Positions 9,147 to 17,959 of a DNA stretch of 64,000 nt are shown here, one piece after another (the first letter of the stretch is position 1; each line of letters opens with the position of its first letter). Both the position numbers and the translations under genes were made by a program. The notes beneath the pieces are model-generated. The model had not been told where the DNA came from. It did no database searches and worked only from the letters and a program-made list of their open reading frames with translations. The DNA lies in sequence record PP885733.1, one strand, 5' to 3'.

Positions 9147-10017
9147 CGATACTTGCCCCTTTGAGGATAGCTGTGGCTTTATAGACTTCTTCCACAGTCG
9201 TGCACTGGTCTTCGATCAATGCGTTAAACTGACCGTGAATCTGACGGTCTGTGAGAGAAGAGATAATCATCAGACTCAGGACGTTACGCAGATAGACCGT
9301 TGGGTCATCCAGCAGTAAACGAGACAAGTCAGTATGGAACAGCTTCAGGTAGTTGTCCATTAACAGACCAACACCACCACCGTTAGAAACGTGTTCACGA
9401 GCCAGAGTGCCCGCTAACCATTCCTTGTTATCTTTAATACGCTGACGAGTAGTGTGGTCAACCCATTCGGTATCATCTTCATCAATGATGTTCAGCCCAA
9501 TGAGAATACCACGGATAGTGTTGACACTCACTTCACGGATGTAGCTATCGATATCGGACAACTCATACTGAGGCTGAGTCATCTTCACTACTTTAATGAA
9601 GCGTTCTTTACAGTCGAGTTCTTCATTATTGAGAACATCAACCAGACCGATAAGATCAGTCATGCCATCAAACAGATAGATGGTGTCCAGGATGACTTTA
9701 ACATCATGGAGGGAGTTCATATCCATGTAGTCTTTGTCTACGAAGATACCCATCATCTGTAACGCGTCGCAGATCGTGTTAATAAACAACAGTCTGACGT
9801 GCGATATTAATTCTGAGGTGTTTAAACCATCGTCAGCTAACAGGTGAGTTAAAGTGCTGTCGATGAAACTATCAGGGAATGAGATCGCAATTAAATTGTA
9901 CGACTCACTGAATAGTTTAGCTTGCTCAGGAGTACAACGTTCGGTGAAGTCTTTCCAGAATTCACCAAGGTTCTCTATCCCAAGGTCGGCATTGGTTAAA
10001 TCAATCATGTCTGACAT
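9139..10017 (-). CDS. conserved hypothetical (probably virion-associated) protein
   Basis: Long ORF coupled to the vRNAP beta' gene; ATG at 10017 (track begins at 10035). Confidence 0.7.
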   Translation of the reverse strand: MSDMIDLTNADLGIENLGEFWKDFTERCTPEQAKLFSESYNLIAISFPDSFIDSTLTHLLADDGLNTSELISHVRLLFINTICDALQMMGIFVDKDYMDMNSLHDVKVILDTIYLFDGMTDLIGLVDVLNNEELDCKERFIKVVKMTQPQYELSDIDSYIREVSVNTIRGILIGLNIIDEDDTEWVDHTTRQRIKDNKEWLAGTLAREHVSNGGGVGLLMDNYLKLFHTDLSRLLLDDPTVYLRNVLSLMIISSLTDRQIHGQFNALIEDQCTTVEEVYKATAILKGASIDA

Positions 10018-10058
10018 ATAAACTTTACCTATCACTTATATTTAAGAAGGGTCATAAA

Positions 10059-10829
10059 ATGTCCAAGAAGAATACTGTTGCTTCCCAGAAATCCGCTGCT
10101 AAACGCAATGCTCGTGCTAAAGCGAAGTCCGCTTCCGCTGCAAAAGCCAAACAGACGCCGATGGGTGTTGCTAAGCGCAAAATGCGCGGTCTCCAGATGG
10201 GCAATGGCAACATGGACTTCGACCAGGTTCTGAACCAGGCATTGCGTCAGGCACAGAAGGGTGGCAATGGATCGCAACCTGCATTTAATTCTACCGAAGA
10301 AGTAATGGACGGTATTGTTAAAGCTGCCGGTGAAACCTTCAAACTGTTCTGCTACAACGCAGTAGCGAAAGAGCTGGTTGAGCAAGGCGCTATCCAACAC
10401 ACCTTCAAAGCTGACCTGTTCGAAATCGGTTCGAAGATGCTGGTAATCGACAACCGTGTTTCTGTACTGAAAGCGTACATCGCTTCCCCAGAAGCTGACG
10501 AAAGCGTCATCAGCACTGAGACCCTGGACATCGGTACCACGCTCCAGAACATCGCTGATGAACTGTACAACGAAATCATGGCACTGGACGCACACTCTCT
10601 GGTAATCGAAGAGACTGTCGCTCGTCTGGCTGCTGAAGCGCCAGAAGGTGAAGACAACGAACGTCGTGCTAAAGTACTGACCGCAGTTGCTTATAAACTG
10701 CTGGCCGAAATCCAGTTGGCTGTAATGGATGAACATCCAGAACAGCTGGAAGCTAAAGCTGCCGAAGATAAGCCGGAAATCCAGGAAGATGTTACCGGCG
10801 GTAATAACGAACCAGTAGCGGCTCAGTAA
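10059..10829 (+). CDS. hypothetical protein with K/A-rich basic N-terminal tail and acidic C-terminus
   Basis: MSKKNTVASQKSAAKRNARAKAKSASAAKAK..; strong codon bias. Confidence 0.85.
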   Translation: MSKKNTVASQKSAAKRNARAKAKSASAAKAKQTPMGVAKRKMRGLQMGNGNMDFDQVLNQALRQAQKGGNGSQPAFNSTEEVMDGIVKAAGETFKLFCYNAVAKELVEQGAIQHTFKADLFEIGSKMLVIDNRVSVLKAYIASPEADESVISTETLDIGTTLQNIADELYNEIMALDAHSLVIEETVARLAAEAPEGEDNERRAKVLTAVAYKLLAEIQLAVMDEHPEQLEAKAAEDKPEIQEDVTGGNNEPVAAQ

Positions 10830-10860
10830 TCAATCCACCCACCTCCTTTAATAGGGAATC

Positions 10861-12486
10861 ATGATGTCTGAACAAGAGAAACAAATTCCTGTATCTGAAA
10901 TGGCGCAGGAAGTAGCAAAGGAGGCAGTGATTAAAACACTGCGCTCCGCCATTATCGAAGATGGCGAAGATGACGCACCTGCGTTACCTATCTTCCTGGG
11001 TACCGAACGCGGACCTCACAACATCCTCTACCAGACTGCCCGTGCATTCATGGGTATGGAAGAGGCAATCAAAGAAGGTAAAGAGCGTGAAGCTAACGTT
11101 CTGAAGACTCGCTTTGATGAGTTGCGTGCAGAACACTTCCCAGATGTTGACGACAATGAACTGTCGATCATGCTGACTAACTACTTCACCTTCTTCTTCC
11201 GCACCTTCGATCGCGGTATGGTTCGTGGTGATGTTGAAGATCTGGTATCACCGAAGAACTTCACTAACACCGCTGAAGGGCGTAACGGTAATCGTGTTGG
11301 TTTCATTAACGCAATGAAACCATCGGTTAATGGTAAGATGACGATGCGTGAAAAGATGCGTCGTAACTTCCTGCAAGCGTATGACCAGCCTGATAGCTTC
11401 AACGTAATGTTGAACAACTCTATGATCTTCCTGAAGGCGTCCATTCCTACTCCGAAGGACCTGATTCGTTTGATCAACGATATCCAAACCAAACTGCGTC
11501 AGTACGGTGAGCGCTTCCAGGTTTCTTCTCTGCATCTGGAACGTGCCGGTATCGGTGAAATGATCGTTGACTTCGTTCTCGATCGTGTAACTTACTGGTC
11601 GGTCAAAGACGTTGAAGATCCTCGTGAACTGAAACGTTACATGCTGTCTACCGATATCAACCATATCGCACAGCTGCTGCTGGGCATCTCTTCTCCACGC
11701 GGTGTTAACTTCCGTCTGTACTGCTTGGCTAACAAGTGTAAGTTCAGTGCGGTTAAAGTTATCGATCCGGCGAACATGATTCTGACTGTTGAAGAAGACA
11801 TGCCAGAAGAGATGCGCCAAATTCGCCATGAGCTGTTAACCACTGCTCGCAAACTGTCCCGTGAAGAACTGGCTGATATTCAGCGCGTCTACAAGGACAA
11901 AGAAGGTAAACCAATCGATCTCGATATTCCTATTGAGAACGGTACAGGTAAACTGGTTATCGGCATTCCGACTATGCAGGAATACTTCCAGGCGTTCCAT
12001 CGCATGGCAGACCGTATCAACCCTGAACTGCGCCAGCTGGCAGTTGACTTCCCTAACCCGAAAGTCTACGCTGACAAACGCAAAGAGTTCATGTCAACTC
12101 TGCGTATGGGTGAATACCTGCAATGGATCCAACAGTATGTTGTATTCGTTAAGCCAGGTGAAGAAGGTGAAGATCAGGTCATGGACCGCGATGAAGATCC
12201 TGCTGGGTTTGAAGAAGGTCTGCTGGATATCTTCAACAAAGACGACACTCTGTTCGTTGATGCGTTGCAGAAAGTCCTGGCGATCTCTCCTCGTCTGACC
12301 TACACCTTCGTTGGCATCATGGAAGATGAATGTCCTTCATGTAAGAAGAAGGCTGAGTCTGCGATGCAGGAACTTCTGTCGGGCTTTACGCCGATTGACC
12401 CGATCATGAATTTTTTCGACCATCACCGAATGATGATTGGTATCAGAACAAGCCAAGCGAGTTTCGTAGAGGACAGTCTTTCCTAA
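10861..12486 (+). CDS. putative tail/baseplate assembly chaperone (T4 gp26-like/TAC-like; phiKZ gp77-like), short form
   Basis: 541 aa with CxxxxC (CLANKC) and CPSC motifs, IPT motifs twice, and NFF near the end lying on a slippery heptamer. Confidence 0.55.
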   Translation: MMSEQEKQIPVSEMAQEVAKEAVIKTLRSAIIEDGEDDAPALPIFLGTERGPHNILYQTARAFMGMEEAIKEGKEREANVLKTRFDELRAEHFPDVDDNELSIMLTNYFTFFFRTFDRGMVRGDVEDLVSPKNFTNTAEGRNGNRVGFINAMKPSVNGKMTMREKMRRNFLQAYDQPDSFNVMLNNSMIFLKASIPTPKDLIRLINDIQTKLRQYGERFQVSSLHLERAGIGEMIVDFVLDRVTYWSVKDVEDPRELKRYMLSTDINHIAQLLLGISSPRGVNFRLYCLANKCKFSAVKVIDPANMILTVEEDMPEEMRQIRHELLTTARKLSREELADIQRVYKDKEGKPIDLDIPIENGTGKLVIGIPTMQEYFQAFHRMADRINPELRQLAVDFPNPKVYADKRKEFMSTLRMGEYLQWIQQYVVFVKPGEEGEDQVMDRDEDPAGFEEGLLDIFNKDDTLFVDALQKVLAISPRLTYTFVGIMEDECPSCKKKAESAMQELLSGFTPIDPIMNFFDHHRMMIGIRTSQASFVEDSLS

Positions 12487-12926
12487 GTTCTTACGAGCCA
12501 GATAACCCTGGCCTCGCCCAGAAGCTTGATGAAGCGTTTATTGAAACAGCTGGGGGTAAGGATACCCTCATGCTTAAACGAGAAGAGAGAAGACTATTCA
12601 TGCTTAAGTATGGATACATAGGTCCTGGAGAGAACCTGTCTTCTTATCTCGTTTACAATGAACAACTCAATGATTACTATCATCCACTGTCCGGTAAAGC
12701 TTTTGGTGAAACATTCGGATTAAGGGAATACAATAAGTGGCTTCCTTTGAAGGATTATTTAGAGATGCCAGTCGATACCATCGACGATATTTTGGAAGGA
12801 GTTGCAAGAGGTCAAGAGAAGTTAGCTAAACTCAAAGCCGAAGCAGCTAAACGCGCAGCACAGCAATCGGGTCAAAGTAATGATCCACAAACTGCTGCTA
12901 TCAGAAATGCAATGAAGGAAAAGTAA
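12399..12926 (+). CDS. -1 frame extension / small downstream ORF (GT-like or gp51-like)
   Basis: Stop-free from 12399 (after TGA at 12396-12398) to 12926; first ATG at 12570; WLPLKDYLEMPVDTIDDILE resembles the W..SE..MP-type motif of TAC-T/gp51-like segments. Confidence 0.7.
   Translation, partial: PDHEFFRPSPNDDWYQNKPSEFRRGQSFLSSYEPDNPGLAQKLDEAFIETAGGKDTLMLKREERRLFMLKYGYIGPGENLSSYLVYNEQLNDYYHPLSGKAFGETFGLREYNKWLPLKDYLEMPVDTIDDILEGVARGQEKLAKLKAEAAKRAAQQSGQSNDPQTAAIRNAMKEK
12411..12417 (+). other. candidate -1 programmed ribosomal frameshift site T TTT TTC
   Basis: X XXY YYZ heptamer correctly phased in the 10861 ORF (AAT TTT TTC); the -1 frame is open from 12399 to 12926. Confidence 0.65.
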
Positions 12927-12929
12927 AAG

Positions 12930-13472
12930 ATGGGTAACTCCTACACTCCTCCAGCTCTCCAGAAGCAGAATACTTCTGTTGAAGAACTGCAACCGAAAGA
13001 AAGCCTGATCGATACTTCGATCGGTATGCCCACTCAGAAGTCTGGCTTTGTTGGTCCTGCGGATACCTATAAGGAATCCATCGACAAACTGACTACTCTG
13101 CTGCAAGGCAAGCTGTCCGGCGACCGCCAGGTTAACACTGAGTTCCAGATGAACTTCATCAAGAACCTGGAGCCGATGCTGAGCCTGGATGATAACCTGG
13201 TTAAGGAAATCCTTGACTACTTCGTTATCACTATCGTGAAGAACCGCGATACCTACAACTACAACAAAGTTCTGGCGCCAGTCTACGTGCTGGAAGGCAA
13301 GATGTCTGAGCAAGACCTGACTCGCTACAAGCGCTTCATGGACTTCATCACCATCTTCGCTGAGAACGCACGTGACCGTCAACGTTTCATCGCAAACTTC
13401 GACATCACCAAGTTCGCTGCCATGTTTGGTCCGGTTGCGCGTCAGCGTCTGACCAACTACGTACACCGTTAA
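12930..13472 (+). CDS. conserved hypothetical protein (180 aa)
   Basis: ORF with strong codon bias, followed by a hairpin. Confidence 0.8.
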   Translation: MGNSYTPPALQKQNTSVEELQPKESLIDTSIGMPTQKSGFVGPADTYKESIDKLTTLLQGKLSGDRQVNTEFQMNFIKNLEPMLSLDDNLVKEILDYFVITIVKNRDTYNYNKVLAPVYVLEGKMSEQDLTRYKRFMDFITIFAENARDRQRFIANFDITKFAAMFGPVARQRLTNYVHR

Positions 13473-13475
13473 TCG

Positions 13476-13507
13476 TATCCTACCTGTCCTTAGGGATGGG
13501 TAGGGTA
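13476..13507 (+). terminator. TACC/GGTA-family hairpin
   Basis: TATCCTACCTGTCC-TTAG-GGATGGGTAGGGTA. Confidence 0.7.
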
Positions 13508-13541
13508 TTCTTTGTCTATTAACACTAACAAAGGTAAAGCA

Positions 13542-14273
13542 ATGGATATTTCACAGGAGTTAAACCATTACTCCCGAATCATATCTGGTTTGGAGTCAGT
13601 GCATGAGCACATCTGTTATAACGCTGGGATCGACGTAGACGGTACGTACGCTCTTGAAGTACTGAAGCTACACGCTGGTGACATGGGTGAAGTAGAAGGC
13701 ACTGAGGGCTTCCTTGACTCCGTTAAGAAAGGTGCTAAGGACTTGGCTAAATGGATCAAAGAGATCATAGCAGCAATTGGTCGCTTTATCGTGGGTAAAG
13801 GTAAACCACCAGTATGGAAGGTTGAATGGAATGACATTCATAGTGAAGAAGCCTTTAAGGTTCTTGCACCTTTGTACACACGTCCATTGAACATTATCAT
13901 CGAGCATATCAAAGATGATAACTTTGAAGAGATTCGTGATGCTGTTAAGTTCCTTGATTTGGATAAGATCAATGACGACGCTGTGAAGGCGTTGGATTAC
14001 CTTAACAGTCCTAAGTTCGATTCCCATGAGATGTTCAACAAGATGATGGCTATTGAAAAGGCCCTCGATAAGGAACTGGGTAAGATTACTAAAGGTTTGC
14101 ACGACCTGGACACCACAGCACATGGCGCTGGTAAGCAAGCGAGAGCGTTGACAGTTGCATCGGACGCAATTATCAAGGCTCTGGGGTTGATTAAGAATGC
14201 GTGGCGTCAGCACACAACGGTAATGAAAGATGTTATTGACATTACCAGTGATCGGTTTAAGAGAGAAGCGTAA
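13542..14273 (+). CDS. putative internal head protein with GxE propeptide (paralog of 7014..7790)
   Basis: NHYSRIISGLES..DGTYALEVLKLHA..EGTEGFLDSVKKGAKDLAKWI; ATG at 13542 with AAGGT SD. Confidence 0.7.
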   Translation: MDISQELNHYSRIISGLESVHEHICYNAGIDVDGTYALEVLKLHAGDMGEVEGTEGFLDSVKKGAKDLAKWIKEIIAAIGRFIVGKGKPPVWKVEWNDIHSEEAFKVLAPLYTRPLNIIIEHIKDDNFEEIRDAVKFLDLDKINDDAVKALDYLNSPKFDSHEMFNKMMAIEKALDKELGKITKGLHDLDTTAHGAGKQARALTVASDAIIKALGLIKNAWRQHTTVMKDVIDITSDRFKREA

Positions 14274-14283
14274 ACAAACATAT

Positions 14284-14315
14284 TCCCTTACCCTTCCTTT
14301 CGGAGGGGTAAGGGG
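14284..14315. terminator. TACC/GGTA-family hairpin, bidirectional
   Basis: TCCCTTACCCTTCC-TTTC-GGAGGGGTAAGGGG between convergent genes. Confidence 0.8.
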
Positions 14316-14320
14316 TATGA

Positions 14321-16066
14321 TTATGCTGCTCGTTTTTTGTTCAGGTAAGGCATTACTGAATCTTCGTAGAACGAGTTGATGTCAGTAATCTGTGGCATAC
14401 CAAAGATGGTGTTGCACAGAGTTGTTGCGTTGGCGATTGGGGATGATGCGTAGTTGACACCTACACGACGGAAGTCAATACGATCCAGACCTTCAATCTC
14501 ACAAACTTCCAACTTGGTAGTCTTGTTGGATACGTTCAGTGAAACTGTGATGTGTGGATAAGCACCTGTTACGTCGATATCATCCGTATCACCACGACCA
14601 CGGGATCTCCATGAAGGCAGACCAGCATAGATCGCTTTACCTTTATCTTCGTTCAGCTCAGCATGAAGCAGAGCGATCCAGTCACGAAGGTCAGGTTTGA
14701 TTTCTTTCAGCAAGTCTTCTTTCTTACGACCAACTGTACCCCAGACATAACCATGTTCACGAGCAATGAACGACAGCTTATCTGAAATCATAGAAGGCTG
14801 AGACTGATAAGAACGCAGTTCAGAAGAAGTTACCAGAGATGGCAGTGAAAGTGAGTAGTCGTTAGTTGCACGGTTCAGGTCTTCGATTACCCAGTTATCT
14901 CGAATGTTGTACATGACGTATTCGTATGGGAAGTTCTTAACCATGAATTTGTGCCACTCTGGAGAGCCAGGTTGCAGATGGTCAGCTTCTGGAATATAGA
15001 GCTTACCTTCGACGTTCTCAGATTTCGCCGTTGCCTGTAAAGAGTAAGATTCCTTCTTACCCATTGGAGCACGTTTAATAGCATAGAAGGACATGCCATC
15101 AAACCACTGCCACTTAGCGGGAGCCTGTACTACAGGGAAACGTTCTTGAGGTTCCAGTGGTGATTGAGTACCATCAACTTTACGTTTGAATTCACGTCCT
15201 TTGAAATAGTAGTAATCCTGATATGGTTTCGGAATAGATGGATCACTGTAAACCTGAGCTAAGTCATAGTTCTCGTTTTCCAGAGCTTTTTCGTTTTGCT
15301 CCATATCAAAGTTTGCGTTCCAGCTGACGATGAAGTCCATTCCACGTTTGTGCCAGTACTGGATGTTGTTATACACGACTTGACCAGAGGTATCCGCCAA
15401 TACCCAGTCAATGGTTACGCCGTGTTTTTCCATATAGTCTTTGAGGTGAATTGCTGCATACTCATTCAACTTACGGATAATGATCGCATCATCCTTCTGA
15501 TCTTCCTTAGGGAAGTAAGAACGAAGACCCGACCAGAATGCTTGTTCACGAATAGTAGTAGAAGCCATGTTGATTGGACCCACTGAACCATCGTTCAGAA
15601 TGTAGGTCTCAACGTCATACGCTCCAACTTCAAATGCTTCAGCTGGCTGATGGTCTGGGTACTTGTCGTAGAACTTCTGTTTGTAGATTACAGGGACAGT
15701 TTCCTGACAACCGAACAGATAAGGACTGTTCTTCATCTCAGCTAAGAAAGCTTTGCGATCTGGGCGACCATATAAAGCTTTGTGAATGTTTGAAGCTAAG
15801 GTTGCTTCGTTAGCTGTGTGACGATCACATTTATTAATCTCAATGTAATCGCGCTTATCATTGAACTTACGCAGTTTCGGCTTAACGGTAAAGAACTCAC
15901 GTTTAAAGTTTTCGATCTGGCGTAGTTCGGTAGTACGAGTTCCATCTTTATGAACGTTAGTGATCTTTGCAGTGAGAAGATCATATCCCGGATTGAACTT
16001 GTTGAACGATAAGTATGCATGTTTACACACACGTCCAACAATTGGATTATCTGTGTTATCTGACAT
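14321..16066 (-). CDS. split family-B DNA polymerase, N-terminal/exonuclease subunit (phiKZ gp82-like)
   Basis: ExoI YDVETY, ExoII SWNANFDME, ExoIII YNIRD, then PolB motif A-like DIDVTGAYPH; ends without motifs B and C. Confidence 0.85.
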   Translation of the reverse strand: MSDNTDNPIVGRVCKHAYLSFNKFNPGYDLLTAKITNVHKDGTRTTELRQIENFKREFFTVKPKLRKFNDKRDYIEINKCDRHTANEATLASNIHKALYGRPDRKAFLAEMKNSPYLFGCQETVPVIYKQKFYDKYPDHQPAEAFEVGAYDVETYILNDGSVGPINMASTTIREQAFWSGLRSYFPKEDQKDDAIIIRKLNEYAAIHLKDYMEKHGVTIDWVLADTSGQVVYNNIQYWHKRGMDFIVSWNANFDMEQNEKALENENYDLAQVYSDPSIPKPYQDYYYFKGREFKRKVDGTQSPLEPQERFPVVQAPAKWQWFDGMSFYAIKRAPMGKKESYSLQATAKSENVEGKLYIPEADHLQPGSPEWHKFMVKNFPYEYVMYNIRDNWVIEDLNRATNDYSLSLPSLVTSSELRSYQSQPSMISDKLSFIAREHGYVWGTVGRKKEDLLKEIKPDLRDWIALLHAELNEDKGKAIYAGLPSWRSRGRGDTDDIDVTGAYPHITVSLNVSNKTTKLEVCEIEGLDRIDFRRVGVNYASSPIANATTLCNTIFGMPQITDINSFYEDSVMPYLNKKRAA

Positions 16067-16152
16067 TAGGCACCCGAATGTTATGACGTCTTGAGTTGAA
16101 TTTTTCTACATAATCCAACTCGCCCTTTTTATTTACTCCCGGAGTTACAATA

Positions 16153-17496
16153 ATGTTAGGAATTGATTTCGCTAAGGTCCCGGCCGGACTTACTGGAATC
16201 TCAGGTATGGAGTTCATGGATTATCAAAACCCTGATCTCTATAATGAGCTTCGCGCTATCTTCGACAGAACCGTAGAGGCTACTGGAGATGGCGGTTGGT
16301 CACTGAACGTGGATGATGAAGACATTGGTCTCATCAACGCCACTATTATGAAGCACACCGGTATGAACGTTGTTCTCCAGAAACCAAACTGGGAATCCGT
16401 TCCTAACGCAGCCGTTGATGCTGGCTTCTTCTCACCAAACAACCTGATCAATATCAAAGGTATCGATCAATGGATCGCTGCTAAAGATTCAAACATCGGT
16501 AAAGCATTTAAAGCTTTGAAAGTAAACGTCCTGAAAGGTTGGGTCGATACTTCCAAAGGTCGTGTTGGTGGCGATTACTCAAAGATCAAAATCGACATGT
16601 ACATTCAGAAACACATTCAGACTTTCATGGAAGAGAAATTCCTGCAGCGTAATAAAGTTACGATGGCAGAAGCTCTGTCTATGATCGTTCTTCACGAATG
16701 TGGTCACGTCTTCACCGGTTTCCTGTACGTCACTACAATGTACATGGACTCCATGATGTCTATGCAGGCCGTTCGCCTCATCGAAGACAACAAGATGTAC
16801 GGCAAGCAGCGTGTTGAGATCATTAAGGAAACTCTGTCTATTCTCGAATGCGACGTTAAAGTCGAAGAGAAAGATGTGGGTAACATGTCTGCCGCAGATC
16901 TGACCGTATACTTCAACAAAGCAACCACCAACCGTGATTATCGCCGTACTCTTTCTCTGGGTACTGCTGACCGTGGTTCTGAAGTATTCGCTGACCTGTT
17001 CGCTATCCGCTACGGCGCGCCAAAGATCATGGTAGCCGCATTGGGTTCATTGCCGAATGGCGGTGAGTTCTACAACGGCATGATCTTAACCTGTGTGGGC
17101 TGTGCCATTATGTCTGTGATTGCGGCCGCTCCAGTGTTGGTAGCGTACAGCGTCTTCCTGGCTGGGTTCTGGGTTGTTATGAAATACCAAACCCTGTTGA
17201 ACCCTAACGACGTCTACGATGCTCCGTATCGTCGTCTGAAGAACATTCTGCGTGACCAGGTTATTCGTCTCAATGAAGACAAACGTCTGGACTCTCGTGA
17301 GAAAGTTCGTATGTTGAAAGAAGCCAAAGAAATGGAGAAAATGATTGACGAGCAGAAACCTTATCTCGAAGGTACTGCGGTTCAGCGTTTCTTAGGCTGG
17401 ATGTTCTCTGGTTCTGATTTCAGTGCGCAGCAGTTCGAGCACTATAACGAAGAACTGTTGGCCCATACTCTGTCACTTTATAAAGAAGCCTTCTAA
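16153..17496 (+). CDS. head protein (phiKZ gp84-like) with HEXXH zincin motif and hydrophobic segment
   Basis: SGME near the N-terminus, LHECGH, GSEVFADLFAIRYG, long hydrophobic stretch MILTCVG..GFWVVM. Confidence 0.7.
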   Translation: MLGIDFAKVPAGLTGISGMEFMDYQNPDLYNELRAIFDRTVEATGDGGWSLNVDDEDIGLINATIMKHTGMNVVLQKPNWESVPNAAVDAGFFSPNNLINIKGIDQWIAAKDSNIGKAFKALKVNVLKGWVDTSKGRVGGDYSKIKIDMYIQKHIQTFMEEKFLQRNKVTMAEALSMIVLHECGHVFTGFLYVTTMYMDSMMSMQAVRLIEDNKMYGKQRVEIIKETLSILECDVKVEEKDVGNMSAADLTVYFNKATTNRDYRRTLSLGTADRGSEVFADLFAIRYGAPKIMVAALGSLPNGGEFYNGMILTCVGCAIMSVIAAAPVLVAYSVFLAGFWVVMKYQTLLNPNDVYDAPYRRLKNILRDQVIRLNEDKRLDSREKVRMLKEAKEMEKMIDEQKPYLEGTAVQRFLGWMFSGSDFSAQQFEHYNEELLAHTLSLYKEAF

Positions 17497-17506
17497 GGAA
17501 TAAACG

Positions 17507-17944
17507 ATGTCACATCTCGATCACATTGTCCGTCTGAAACAGGAATTGATCCGTGAAGGTATCAATGAGCCTGAAGTACAAATCGAAATCGCCCGCGGTG
17601 CTTATGTTAAAGCGCTGATCACTCATGCTTGCAAACATGACATGTGTGAAGACGAGCGTATCGCATTCCACAAATACATCCTGAGCTACTGGAACGAAAC
17701 TACTCCGGTTCAGGGTCACGTTGTTCTGAGCCAGGTGGGTAACTTCTTCCGTGCTCTGAAGAAATGCGTTGACGGTGTTCTGATTAGCAACGACATCAAG
17801 CTGGAAGTTATTCCTGCTGTTAAAGGTGCTGGTGAGAAGAAATACACCGAACTGGCTACCTACAGCCTGCTGATTGAAACCCTGCTGGCCGAAGCTGACC
17901 ACAAGCTGCCGCAGTTCAATGCATCTCGCGTCGAAGTCGAATAA
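17507..17944 (+). CDS. virion structural protein (gp85-like by synteny)
   Basis: ORF with AAGGA SD in the head-gene run. Confidence 0.7.
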   Translation: MSHLDHIVRLKQELIREGINEPEVQIEIARGAYVKALITHACKHDMCEDERIAFHKYILSYWNETTPVQGHVVLSQVGNFFRALKKCVDGVLISNDIKLEVIPAVKGAGEKKYTELATYSLLIETLLAEADHKLPQFNASRVEVE

Positions 17945-17959
17945 TAAAGGGAAATCGTC

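Noticed and set aside
10840-10848. CACCTCCTT matching the 16S rRNA 3' tail (a strong SD on the minus strand)
   Set aside because: No plausible minus-strand ORF follows it; probably chance or part of a weak local hairpin.
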